Shown here: one piece after another, positions 1-9,109 of the stretch | Layout: the number at the start of each line of letters is the position of its first letter | Position numbering within the stretch: position 1 is the first letter of the stretch | DNA from: Alphaproteobacteria bacterium | GTDB taxonomy: Bacteria; Pseudomonadota; Alphaproteobacteria; RF32; CAG-239 | Direction: 5' to 3' | Assembly (NCBI GenBank): GCA_017457005.1 | Contig: JAFTII010000030.1 | Span: 13,669-77,668, forward strand | Length of the DNA stretch: 64,000 bases | Notes under the pieces: model-generated | What the model was told of the DNA's origin: nothing | What the model saw: only the letters and a program-made list of their open reading frames with translations | Database searches by the model: none | Made by a program: the position numbers and the translations under genes

Positions 1-241
1 TCAACCAATATATCAAAAAACCTACAATTATTATAGCCAACCCGGATAACACCCAAGCGCCTAAATTTCCATAATTATTAAACATAGAAAAACTCACGCC
101 GGTATTCCAAGCACGAACTAAATTAAAAAACGGAGCAACATAAATCATTATATGCTCTCCCAACACCTTGTTTAGCATGACATATTTACTGATCTGATCA
201 AAAAAAACAACCAATAAAGCAACATTTAACCCGATAAACAT
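1..241 (-). CDS. lspA: lipoprotein signal peptidase (signal peptidase II), N-terminal part; the gene runs off the left edge
   Basis: Not in the ORF track. My reverse-strand translation from the ATG at 241-239 gives MFIGLNVALLVVFFDQISKYVMLNKVLGEHIMIYVAPFFNLVRAWNTGVSFSMFNNYGNLGAWVLSGLAIIIVGFLIYWL. This fits the LspA pattern (FDQxSK, N-x-G-x-[AS]-FS) and its TM layout. Confidence 0.75.
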   Translation of the reverse strand, partial: MFIGLNVALLVVFFDQISKYVMLNKVLGEHIMIYVAPFFNLVRAWNTGVSFSMFNNYGNLGAWVLSGLAIIIVGFLIYWL

Positions 242-331
242 AATTAACTAAAATCTCCTGATAAAATCAAAATTAATATATCAACAAATATTTATCAACA
301 AAAGCAATAAGTATAAGATATAAACACGATA

Positions 332-1759
332 CTAAACCAAAAAGAGTTTTGCCAAACCCAAAAATATAAAAAAACCGCCACAATCCGTGATTGCAACCAA
401 AAATACACCCGAAGATACTGCCGGATCTACTTTTAGCTTATTCAAAACCAAAGGAACCAAAATACCGGACAAACTTGCAATCACTAAAGTCATAAGCATT
501 GCTATTGCAATAATCAAGCTGATCATTCTATATTCCGGAAACCACACATAAGTAATTGCCCCTATCAAAAAAGCAAATAAAGAACCGTTATTTAACCCCA
601 CCAAAAATTCTTTTAAAATCATCCTTAATGTATTGGAAGAATTTAACTCACGAGTTGCCAACGCTCTTACCACAACAGCCAACGTCTGATTGCCGGTTGT
701 TCCGCCCATTGAAGCCACAATCGGCATTAATACTGCCAAAACCGATATCTGAGCAATTATATCCTGAAACTCTTTAACAACCGAAGCTGCTAAGATTGTT
801 GCAAGCAAATTTGTGATTAACCAAACGATTCTTGACTTAAAAATAGAAAAAACAGATTTATATACATCACCTTCTTCCGTACCGGATAAGTGCATAATAT
901 CTTCAGAAACTTCTTCATGAATAACTTCTACCACATCATTAATGGTAATTACCCCGATAAGATGCCCTTTTCTGTCTGCCACAACCGCAGATTGCCAGCC
1001 ATACTCTCTAAACATGTGTGCGACTTCTTCTTGATCGGTTAAAACATCAATCGGCACAATTTCTCCATCCATAATATCAAATAAAGCTTCTTGTGGCTTT
1101 GCACGCAAGAGTTTATCAAGAGCTATCTGTCCGGTAGGACGAAATTTTTCATCAGTCAAAAATATATTATAAAAATCATCAGGTAATTCTTCATTTTTAA
1201 GCAAAAACTCTTTTGCTTCTTTTACTGTCCACCAATCAGGAATACTTACGAATTCTCTGGACATAATACGACCGGCAGAATCTTCCGGATAAGCTAGTGA
1301 TGACTGAACCTGATACTGTAATTCAGGCTCTAATTTTTTTATAATACTCTCTTGTTCGTCTTCATCCAAATGCTCTAAAATTTCAACAACTTCATCAGAA
1401 TCCAATTCATTAGCGATTTTGACAATTTGTTTTTCTTGCAAACTTTCAATAACCTGCTCTTGAACAAATTCATTCAACTCCGGCAATACTTCCGGATTAA
1501 TTTTATCTCCCAAAATTTGGATTAATTTGGTTCGCTCATTATGGCTCAAAGATTCAATAAGTTTGGCTTGTCCGTATTCTGACAACCCGTCAACCATCTT
1601 GCGAACATGCACCAAATCATCATCATGCAAACCTATTCGCACCGATTCTATAAATTTAGGTCCCAGCCCTAACAATTGTGACTGCGGATTCAATTTCTTT
1701 TTCTTTTTGGAAAACAATTTAGATTTAGGAAGTAAACCACGTTTAAGACGTTTGCCCAT
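332..1759 (-). CDS. mgtE: magnesium transporter MgtE
   Basis: 475 aa with an acidic MgtE N-domain, tandem CBS region (AGRIMSREFVSI, VVADRKGHLIGVITINDVV) and C-terminal TM domain. Strong SD AAGGAGGT upstream. Confidence 0.9.
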   Translation of the reverse strand: MGKRLKRGLLPKSKLFSKKKKKLNPQSQLLGLGPKFIESVRIGLHDDDLVHVRKMVDGLSEYGQAKLIESLSHNERTKLIQILGDKINPEVLPELNEFVQEQVIESLQEKQIVKIANELDSDEVVEILEHLDEDEQESIIKKLEPELQYQVQSSLAYPEDSAGRIMSREFVSIPDWWTVKEAKEFLLKNEELPDDFYNIFLTDEKFRPTGQIALDKLLRAKPQEALFDIMDGEIVPIDVLTDQEEVAHMFREYGWQSAVVADRKGHLIGVITINDVVEVIHEEVSEDIMHLSGTEEGDVYKSVFSIFKSRIVWLITNLLATILAASVVKEFQDIIAQISVLAVLMPIVASMGGTTGNQTLAVVVRALATRELNSSNTLRMILKEFLVGLNNGSLFAFLIGAITYVWFPEYRMISLIIAIAMLMTLVIASLSGILVPLVLNKLKVDPAVSSGVFLVAITDCGGFFIFLGLAKLFLV

Positions 1760-1849
1760 TGTTACCTCCTTATAATTGCTAAAGATATTATTTATTCAGA
1801 TATGACACAACCTTTATAAAATAAAAAAAGCCTTATTAAGCAAGATAAA

Positions 1850-1936
1850 TGGTGCGGCCAAAAGGACTTGAACCTTCACGGGAGTTCTCCCACAACCACC
1901 TCAAGGTTGCGTGTCTACCAATTCCACCATGGCCGC
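1850..1936 (-). tRNA. tRNA-Leu (anticodon GAG), long variable arm, encoded CCA
   Basis: The reverse complement GCGGCCATGGTGGAATTGGTAGACACGCAACCTTGAGGTGGTTG...GGTTCAAGTCCTTTTGGCCGCACCA folds as a class II tRNA. Anticodon stem is CAACC/GGTTG with loop TTGAGGT. Confidence 0.9.
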
Positions 1937-2174
1937 ATATCGCCAATAAAGCTGCAAACAGAAATAAATCACAAATAAAAATAAATCAAGTCTTTTTTGC
2001 ATTTGGGGAAATTTTTTTTATAATATTTAAATTTCAGTTTCCAAAAACTATTGCTTATTTTAAATTTTCATATTATTAATTACCCATCAAACTAATTATT
2101 AATCAACTATTTTAATCCGAGGAATAGGAAGTATATCAAGGAGATACGCCCTCGTAAAATAATCCTAAATTATT

Positions 2175-2765
2175 ATGACAATGTTTATAATTGGACTTGT
2201 TGTTGGCATAATTGTCACTGCATTATTCATTTTTGCAACATCTAAAGCTCAGATAACAGCATCAGATGGTTGCCGAGAAATTAAAAAAAATCCTTCAACT
2301 TCAAAGATCAAGCCACCTTTAACCAGTAACTACAAAGGTCTTCCTGAAGTGGAATGGAACGGCAAACTCCCTGCAAAAGTTGATGACTATGTTCGCCCTC
2401 GTTATGTATATGAGAACTTGGTTGAAAGTGAAAAACTTGATTTTTCTCAAGGACATATCATTGGCTATCGTATCAGTCCGACTTTAGTAATTCATAGTAT
2501 GATTGGCAAAAACTATGAATCTACCGGCATTGCAGATTTTATCGGATATTACAAAGGTCACTTGTTGTCTTATCCGGAAGCGCAAATACTCTTGTCTTGT
2601 TGGGATACTGTAGATAATATGCGTAAAAAAGCCGGAGATGCACCTCTTCCTATCGGACCTTTTTGGATCTGGACAGGATTATATAATCAACTTGTTTCTC
2701 CGCATCAACCCTATTTACATATAACACAACCATTACGCACAGCAGGTATTGTCATGAAAAGATAA
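2175..2765 (+). CDS. hypothetical protein with an N-terminal membrane anchor
   Basis: 196-aa ORF with N-terminal TM helix (FIIGLVVGIIVTALFIFA). A perfect hairpin terminator follows. No SD upstream. The C-terminal part loosely resembles DUF1566-type domains (weak). Confidence 0.55.
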   Translation: MTMFIIGLVVGIIVTALFIFATSKAQITASDGCREIKKNPSTSKIKPPLTSNYKGLPEVEWNGKLPAKVDDYVRPRYVYENLVESEKLDFSQGHIIGYRISPTLVIHSMIGKNYESTGIADFIGYYKGHLLSYPEAQILLSCWDTVDNMRKKAGDAPLPIGPFWIWTGLYNQLVSPHQPYLHITQPLRTAGIVMKR

Positions 2766-2766
2766 C

Positions 2767-2806
2767 AAAAAAACAACCACTGTTTTGAAAACAGTGGTTG
2801 TTTTTT
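2767..2806. terminator. bidirectional rho-independent terminator hairpin
   Basis: AAAAAACAACCACTGTTTT-G-AAAACAGTGGTTGTTTTTT lies between convergent genes. Confidence 0.75.
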
Positions 2807-2821
2807 ATACGGACCATCTTA

Positions 2822-3520
2822 CTATTTAACTTTTTTACTGTCCGGTTCTACCAAACCACCGGATATCACAAACTTTAACCCTTGTTCAACTGTCATATTC
2901 ATCTCTATACAGTCTTCTCTGGGAACAAAAATCAAAAATCCTGATGTTGGGTTAGGAGTTGTGGGGATAAATACACTCAACATATCTTTCGGACATTTGG
3001 CTTTAATTTCTCCTTGTAAATCAGAACTGACAAAGCCTAAAATCCAAATTCCCTTACGAGGATATTCCAACATAACAACCTTGCTAAAAGCTTGTGTTTT
3101 ACTTGAAAAAAATGTTTCAAACACCTGTTTTAACACAGAATAAACGCTAGAAACAAGCGGAAGTTTATATACAATCCACTCACCTAATTTGATAAAAAAG
3201 CGTCCCAAAAATCCAGCTGCAAACATACCGACCACAATTAAAAATAACACTCCTATTATCAGACCAAGTCCGGGTATGGTATAAGGCATATTATCAAATT
3301 TATATTGTGGTGGTAACAAACGATTTACCAAAACATCCATCCATAACACAAACTTAACAGCCAAATAAAGAGTTATTGCTACCGGAGCAGTAACCAAAAT
3401 TCCGGTAAACAAGTATGCTCTAAGCTTGCCGCTTAATTTCATAAAAACCGCTTTTTCTCTTTCTAAACGAATTTTTTTAATATTTTTTGCACGTTTCTTT
3501 ATATTTTTAGATTTTACCAT
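2822..3520 (-). CDS. DUF502 family membrane protein
   Basis: 232 aa with two N-terminal TM helices and the conserved PTTPNPTSGFLIFVPRED motif typical of DUF502. Confidence 0.75.
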   Translation of the reverse strand: MVKSKNIKKRAKNIKKIRLEREKAVFMKLSGKLRAYLFTGILVTAPVAITLYLAVKFVLWMDVLVNRLLPPQYKFDNMPYTIPGLGLIIGVLFLIVVGMFAAGFLGRFFIKLGEWIVYKLPLVSSVYSVLKQVFETFFSSKTQAFSKVVMLEYPRKGIWILGFVSSDLQGEIKAKCPKDMLSVFIPTTPNPTSGFLIFVPREDCIEMNMTVEQGLKFVISGGLVEPDSKKVK

Positions 3521-3570
3521 TTTTATGTTCCTTTATTTTGAGCCTTGTACAAATCGCTTCAGATGAGCCA

Positions 3571-5343
3571 TTATACGTATTTTTTTATGTCTTCAATAAT
3601 AAACTGCACCTCATCCTTTCCATTCCAAGTATCTCTGCGCAATACTCCGACCACATCAAATTTATCTCCGTTAGAAGTAAGCATTGCTTTTCCGATTTCA
3701 TTATCGCCAACCCGAAAAGCCATTCCTTTTATGGTTACGCCATTATCTGACGACAATAGACAACGCACATGCCCTACTCCGACCAAAAAAGGTTTTATGA
3801 TTCTTACATTACGTAACATCAATTTAGGTTCTGGATTACCGGCACCATATGGTTCTAATTTTTCAATATCTAAAGCTAAATTTTTGGTGGCAGCACTCAC
3901 ATCCATCGTAGCATCAATTTCCAGTATCGGCGTAATTGCTTCGCCTCCGATACTTTTTTCCACATATTCACCGACAAATTTGTGAAATTCCTCAATCTTA
4001 TCCTCACTGAGCGAAAATCCGGCAGCCATAATATGTCCGCCACCTTTGGTTAAAATACCTTTTTCTTTAGCCGCCATTACTAAAGCTCCTAGATCAACCT
4101 GCGCGACAGAACGTGCAGATCCTTTAACTTCATCAGCTTCTATAGACATAACAAAAGAAGGAACATTATAACGCTCTTTTAATTTACCGGCCACAATCCC
4201 GATAACTCCTTGATGCCAATCTTTTCCAGCCACAAATGCTATCGGATATTCTTGCGGAGTTCCTTCCAAAAATTCAATTGCTTGCATTAAAACATAATTT
4301 TCAATGTCTTTACGCTGAACATTATATTCGTTTAACTTATCAGCCATAACTTGTGCTTTATATTCATCGTTACAACACAATAGTTTATGACTTGTATCAG
4401 CATCGCCAACCCTTCCTCCGGCATTAACTCTCGGTCCTAATACATATCCCAAATGAAAAGCAGTCAATACGTCTTTAATACCAGACTTTTCCATAAGTGC
4501 CGTCAATCCGACATTAGATGATTTTTGCATAATTTTTAAGCCTTGCTTAACATACGCACGATTCAGACCTTTTAACGGCACAACATCACATACCGTACCC
4601 AAGGCAACCAAATCCAACCATTGTTTCAAATCTGGCTCTTGATAATCATGTTCATAATATTTTTTTTGACGCAATTCTCTATTGATTGCCACCACTACCA
4701 TAAACACAACTCCGACGGCAGCCATATATTTCAGATAAGGATATTCATCACTTTCATCTAATCTTTTAGGATTAACCACTGCCAACACATTCGGAAGCTT
4801 AGCCTCTGCTTCATGATGATCTATAACGATAACATCCATTCCTTGTGACACTGCATATTCAAGAGGCTCAAAAGCGGTTGTTCCGCAATCTGTCGTAATT
4901 AAAAGTTCCGCACCTTTTGCCTTAAAATCATCAATAGCTTTTACACTCGGACCATATCCTTCTTCTCTTTCCGGAATATGAACATCAGGAACTACTCCGA
5001 CTTTCTCTAAAAACAATCGCAACACTGCAGATGATGTTGCACCATCTACATCATAATCTCCGATAATGGCAATTTTTTGTTTGTTTATAATAGCATTTGC
5101 AATTCTGTCTGCTGCTTTATCTACATCTTTTAATACTGACGGGTTAGGCATAAAAGACAAAAGTTTTGGCTCTAAAAAAGCCAAAACTTCATTATCTGCA
5201 ATTCCTCGTAAAGCAATAATCCTTGCTAAGACATAAGAAAAATTATATTTTTGCTCTAACAGCTCAACCAATCGTTCATCAACCGGAGTAACTTTCCATA
5301 AATTACCCCCTAACGATTTATTATCGGAAGAAAACTCAGTCAA
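3571..5343 (-). CDS. recJ: single-stranded-DNA-specific exonuclease RecJ
   Basis: 590 aa with DHH motifs (IIGDYDVDGATS, VIVIDHHEAE) and DHHA1 GGGHIMAAGFS. TTG start 12 nt after the upstream stop. Confidence 0.92.
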   Translation of the reverse strand: MTEFSSDNKSLGGNLWKVTPVDERLVELLEQKYNFSYVLARIIALRGIADNEVLAFLEPKLLSFMPNPSVLKDVDKAADRIANAIINKQKIAIIGDYDVDGATSSAVLRLFLEKVGVVPDVHIPEREEGYGPSVKAIDDFKAKGAELLITTDCGTTAFEPLEYAVSQGMDVIVIDHHEAEAKLPNVLAVVNPKRLDESDEYPYLKYMAAVGVVFMVVVAINRELRQKKYYEHDYQEPDLKQWLDLVALGTVCDVVPLKGLNRAYVKQGLKIMQKSSNVGLTALMEKSGIKDVLTAFHLGYVLGPRVNAGGRVGDADTSHKLLCCNDEYKAQVMADKLNEYNVQRKDIENYVLMQAIEFLEGTPQEYPIAFVAGKDWHQGVIGIVAGKLKERYNVPSFVMSIEADEVKGSARSVAQVDLGALVMAAKEKGILTKGGGHIMAAGFSLSEDKIEEFHKFVGEYVEKSIGGEAITPILEIDATMDVSAATKNLALDIEKLEPYGAGNPEPKLMLRNVRIIKPFLVGVGHVRCLLSSDNGVTIKGMAFRVGDNEIGKAMLTSNGDKFDVVGVLRRDTWNGKDEVQFIIEDIKKYV

Positions 5344-5355
5344 TTATTATCAATC

Positions 5356-6087
5356 CTAATAGGCAATATAAACTTCCGCACGACGGTTTAATCTTTCTCC
5401 TTCCGGCATAACTTCCAAATATGCCGGCATAGAATCAGACATCGCTTCTATAGTTATTTTATCAGCAGGCACGCCTGCACGTTTAAGTGCAGCGGCAACA
5501 TTTTGCGCTCTTTCCATAGATGCCTTAAAATTAGCCAACTTATGGCTTGCCGGATCAGTATCACGTGTACGACTTGAAGAATGCCCATATACAATGACAT
5601 TTGCATCATTTTCTTTAACCATTTTTGCGATATTACGCAAATTAGAATTATATTTAGGGCTAAGGTAAGAACTTCCGTTATCAAAATAGAATGTATCTAC
5701 CCGATAACTTACAGATGCGCCGGTATCTTTAACTTCATTATCATTAACCGTGTCAGTGTCACTTTCATTTACATCTGCTTTTTCATCTGCATCAACATCT
5801 ATAGGCTCTTCAAGCAAATCTTCCGTTGCCACCGGCTTTGTTTCAGCCGGCTCAACTTCATCTTCGTCATTTGCTTCATCAATTGTGTCATCTTCCTCAT
5901 AAGCAACATTTTCGGTATCTGCACGTAAAGAACTTCCCTCTTCGGGCAATTCTCTTATTACTCTGCCGCCTTCATGAACTTCCATTTCATCAAGATTATC
6001 ATCAAAGTCCGGAAAAACCGCACTGGCACAACCGGAAAGAAGGAAAAAAGCACTTAAAACACCAAAAATTTTATTATACGCAGACAT
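5356..6087 (-). CDS. OmpA-family (peptidoglycan-associated) lipoprotein with an acidic linker
   Basis: Signal peptide plus lipobox LLSGC, a long D/E-rich linker, and a C-terminal OmpA_C-like domain ending NRRAEVYIAY. SD GAGGGTG. Confidence 0.85.
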   Translation of the reverse strand: MSAYNKIFGVLSAFFLLSGCASAVFPDFDDNLDEMEVHEGGRVIRELPEEGSSLRADTENVAYEEDDTIDEANDEDEVEPAETKPVATEDLLEEPIDVDADEKADVNESDTDTVNDNEVKDTGASVSYRVDTFYFDNGSSYLSPKYNSNLRNIAKMVKENDANVIVYGHSSSRTRDTDPASHKLANFKASMERAQNVAAALKRAGVPADKITIEAMSDSMPAYLEVMPEGERLNRRAEVYIAY

Positions 6088-6264
6088 CAGTTACACCCTC
6101 AAAACTTTTAAACTGAAATTAAATTAACGCATTATCTCTCATAAAACAAGCACAAAAATTAATTTTCAGCAAATTAATTTGGTTATAATTTTTTAATATT
6201 TATTTGAATTATTATCAAATACAATTATAATAGCGATATTATAAAAAACATTATAGGAGCAAAT

Positions 6265-6819
6265 ATGCCTTCTGCCAACATTAAATCCGTATTTGAAATT
6301 GCCAATTGGTTCTTCAGAAGAGCCGACAAAGACGACATCGGTTTAGATAATGCTAAATTACAACAACTTATGTTTTTGGCTCAACTTCACTTTGCAATTT
6401 CCAATAATCATACTCCGCTGTTTGCCGGATTTTTTATTCAAACTCCGAAAGGAATTGAAGACCCTAACTTATCACAACTCTTACAACTTGGTTTGCCTTT
6501 GATAACAAAATCAGATTTTGAAAAATCAACTACAGATTTTTTGGAACTTATTTGGAAAAAATACTCTCCGTTATCCATCTTACAATTAGACGACCTTATC
6601 CGAAAATCCGTTTGCAAACCAGCAACTCAAAGCAATAGTGTTTTAGCCCCCATAGACATCAATACTGTTGCCGCTGAATTTCATAACAACATAAAATATA
6701 ATGCTGATACTGTTCAGCCGGCTCCCAAACAAAAAGTTTTAATCTCTCAAAACGGACCGGTAGTTGTATCCCAATGGCAACCACGAAAAGTTAAATCAAC
6801 TAATTCTAAGGAGAATTAA
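6265..6819 (+). CDS. Panacea/DUF4065 (SocA-like) domain protein, tentative
   Basis: 184 aa. The N-terminal IANWFFRRADKDDIGLDNAKLQQLMFLAQLHFAI...PLFAGFFIQTPKGIEDPNL fits the DUF4065 pattern (kLqKLlYfaq ... pLf...f.aw..GPv). SD AGGAG. Confidence 0.55.
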   Translation: MPSANIKSVFEIANWFFRRADKDDIGLDNAKLQQLMFLAQLHFAISNNHTPLFAGFFIQTPKGIEDPNLSQLLQLGLPLITKSDFEKSTTDFLELIWKKYSPLSILQLDDLIRKSVCKPATQSNSVLAPIDINTVAAEFHNNIKYNADTVQPAPKQKVLISQNGPVVVSQWQPRKVKSTNSKEN

Positions 6820-6822
6820 ATT

Positions 6823-7542
6823 ATGCTAAAATTTATGAGATTATTTTTATTAGCGTTAATTATTACCGGATGTAACAGTGAGCCGGAACCCAAACCGACC
6901 ACTCCGTTAATGATTAAGACATCCAATGGCGACATACGTTTTATGGTTGAAGTAGCCAACACTCCCGAAGACCTTAAAACCGGACTTATGTATCGCACTA
7001 ATCTCGGTTTCAACAGTGGCATGATATTCAATATTTATCCTGTTCGTCCTATGGCTATGTGGATGAAAAACACCAAAATTCCTTTAGATATGTTGTTTGT
7101 TGCTCCGGACGCTTCAATCATTATGATAAAAGAGAATGCAGAACCGATGTCAGAAGCACACATTATATGCAAGGAACCGGTTAGAGCTGTTATTGAGATA
7201 AATGCCGGACAAGTAAAACGCCACGGTATAAAAATCGGAGATAAAGTAACTCACATGTTGTTAAATTCTATGTTAGATATCAAAACTCCCGGACCTGAAG
7301 CTCAAATGCAAAATCAACCAGCACCTGCCCCCAAAGCAAACCTTACTATTCCGGAAGTTAACCAAACAGTACCGGCTCCCAAAGCTGAAATTATCGTGCC
7401 TGAACTCAAACAAGCTCCGACACCTGCAATTTCAGTCCAACCCAAGGAAGTAAAACCTCAACCGGTAATTCCTGATGTTCCGGCAAAAACCACACAACCG
7501 GTTTCGGCGCCCAAACTACCGGTTGTATCACCACAATTATAA
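6823..7542 (+). CDS. DUF192 (COG1430) lipoprotein with a Pro-rich C-terminal tail
   Basis: Lipobox LIITGC and a DUF192 core (GLMYRTNL...GMIFNIY...MWMKNTKIPLDMLFV...VIEINAG). About 80 aa of the tail carry P/A/K-rich imperfect repeats. The gene starts 4 nt after the upstream stop. SD AAGGAG. Confidence 0.8.
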   Translation: MLKFMRLFLLALIITGCNSEPEPKPTTPLMIKTSNGDIRFMVEVANTPEDLKTGLMYRTNLGFNSGMIFNIYPVRPMAMWMKNTKIPLDMLFVAPDASIIMIKENAEPMSEAHIICKEPVRAVIEINAGQVKRHGIKIGDKVTHMLLNSMLDIKTPGPEAQMQNQPAPAPKANLTIPEVNQTVPAPKAEIIVPELKQAPTPAISVQPKEVKPQPVIPDVPAKTTQPVSAPKLPVVSPQL

Positions 7543-7597
7543 AATATTCCCCCGATTCACACAATTGTCATCGGGGGATATTTATATCTGTTTTTCG

Positions 7598-8095
7598 CTA
7601 AAAAAACGGATTATACGCCCATTGTAATAAAGCTTGCCTTTGACGTTTTCGGCAATCCAAATCAAAAGGCATACAATTTTGTTCAACTTGAGCTAAATGT
7701 CGTTTAAAAGCTTTCCATCTTTTAATTTGCAAATCATCTAAACCGGATATCCTTCTCCCCATATAATACCTGCAATACCACTGAAACCACCCGCGCGGAT
7801 CAGGTTGATATATCCACCCCTTTCTTTGCCATTCCTGTAAAGATTGTCTAGACTTAATCTTAAAATAATTACAATTAACATCAGGCTTTTGCTCAGAAAT
7901 TTTAGCATTCATAAACCAATCTTTCGGAAATTCACTTTTACAATCGCTTATATAATGCCCTTCAAACACTCCCATCGCCAACATTTCCTTTGGTGTTAAA
8001 TCAGGTTTAAAATCATCAGCAAATCCCTGTCCCATTTCACATACGGTCTCATAATCATAATTCTTTTGCATTTTATCATTCACTGTTATTTTCAT
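7598..8095 (-). CDS. conserved hypothetical protein (W/C-rich, motif DPRGWFQWYCRYYMGRR)
   Basis: 165-aa ORF with strong SD AAGGAGG. I recognise the motif as recurring in uncharacterised proteins but cannot name the family. Confidence 0.65.
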   Translation of the reverse strand: MKITVNDKMQKNYDYETVCEMGQGFADDFKPDLTPKEMLAMGVFEGHYISDCKSEFPKDWFMNAKISEQKPDVNCNYFKIKSRQSLQEWQRKGWIYQPDPRGWFQWYCRYYMGRRISGLDDLQIKRWKAFKRHLAQVEQNCMPFDLDCRKRQRQALLQWAYNPFF

Positions 8096-8154
8096 ATAAA
8101 AAATCCTCCTTATTAGACATAAGAAGGATTTTGCAATTTTAAACCGAGTTATTT

Positions 8155-9042
8155 TTAACCGACATCAATTCCGAATGCCATTTTAGCAACCCATCCGATT
8201 AAGAATGATATAAACGCAACCGAGAGACTGATAATTGCCATTTCCATAAATTTCGGCCAAAATTTTTCTGACTTAACCGTAGCAATATAATAATTAAAAA
8301 TAAATACCAAAAATACAACAATTCCAATCATACAAACCAACGCCGGTACAAACATATTTTCGGCAAACAACAAATACGGCATTACCAAACACACTACCGT
8401 TACCAAATAAGCAATTCCGGTATAGAAACTGGCTTTTAAAGCATTTGGATTTCCATCGGCTCTTTCCGCCAAATAATTAGATGCTGCCATAGATAATGTT
8501 GCGGCAATACCGGTAATAATTCCCGCCATTGCAATCAGTGTCGTATTCATCAGCACAAAGGTAAGTCCGGCAATTGTACCTGTCAATTCAACAAGCGCAT
8601 CATTCAATCCCAAAACCATAGCCCCAACATAATTAAGGCGCTCTTCATCCAACATCTCAATTAATTCTTTTTCGTGCTTCAATTCATCTTTAATAATCTT
8701 TTTTACCTCTGGCACCTCTTTTTCCAGTTGTTTTAGTCCTTCAACACCTTCATACTCGTTAAGCTCCAGAGATTTAATCACAAAAGTATAACCCAATACC
8801 CACAATAAAAACTGATACCACCACACTTTCAACATATTTGGCTTAACATCAGTTTTGGTATATTGTTTCCACAAAGCAGCATGGTTAGCTTCGTCATGAG
8901 ACATTTTCAATAATTTTTTACTTTCTTGTTGATTTTTTATCTTATCTGCAAAATACGCATAAATAAGTGCGCTGGTAAGTTCTTCTTTCTGAAAACTTAA
9001 CATTAATTTAAATGATTCATCCGAATAAATTGATTTAGACAT
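8155..9042 (-). CDS. VIT1/CCC1-family iron/manganese transporter with an N-terminal ferritin-like domain
   Basis: VIT1 signature GLNDALVELTGTIAGLT plus C-terminal TM helices. I moved the start to the ATG at 9042 (MSKSIYS), which has SD AGAGGAG 7 nt upstream. The track ORF extends to 9084. Confidence 0.85.
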   Translation of the reverse strand: MSKSIYSDESFKLMLSFQKEELTSALIYAYFADKIKNQQESKKLLKMSHDEANHAALWKQYTKTDVKPNMLKVWWYQFLLWVLGYTFVIKSLELNEYEGVEGLKQLEKEVPEVKKIIKDELKHEKELIEMLDEERLNYVGAMVLGLNDALVELTGTIAGLTFVLMNTTLIAMAGIITGIAATLSMAASNYLAERADGNPNALKASFYTGIAYLVTVVCLVMPYLLFAENMFVPALVCMIGIVVFLVFIFNYYIATVKSEKFWPKFMEMAIISLSVAFISFLIGWVAKMAFGIDVG

Positions 9043-9109
9043 AATAAACTCCTCTAATCTGTAACCATAGATTAAAGCAAACACATTAAACCTTTTTAGT
9101 CAAGAGATT

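Noticed and set aside
3545-3985. 146-aa and 70-aa plus-strand ORFs overlapping the recJ 3' region
   Set aside because: They are fully antisense to a confidently identified recJ and have no SD or motif.
5581-6116. Plus-strand ORFs of 115 and 96 aa, plus a minus-strand 76-aa ORF inside the OmpA-family gene
   Set aside because: These are shadow ORFs of the D/E-rich linker region. The OmpA-family frame is supported by its lipobox and C-terminal domain.
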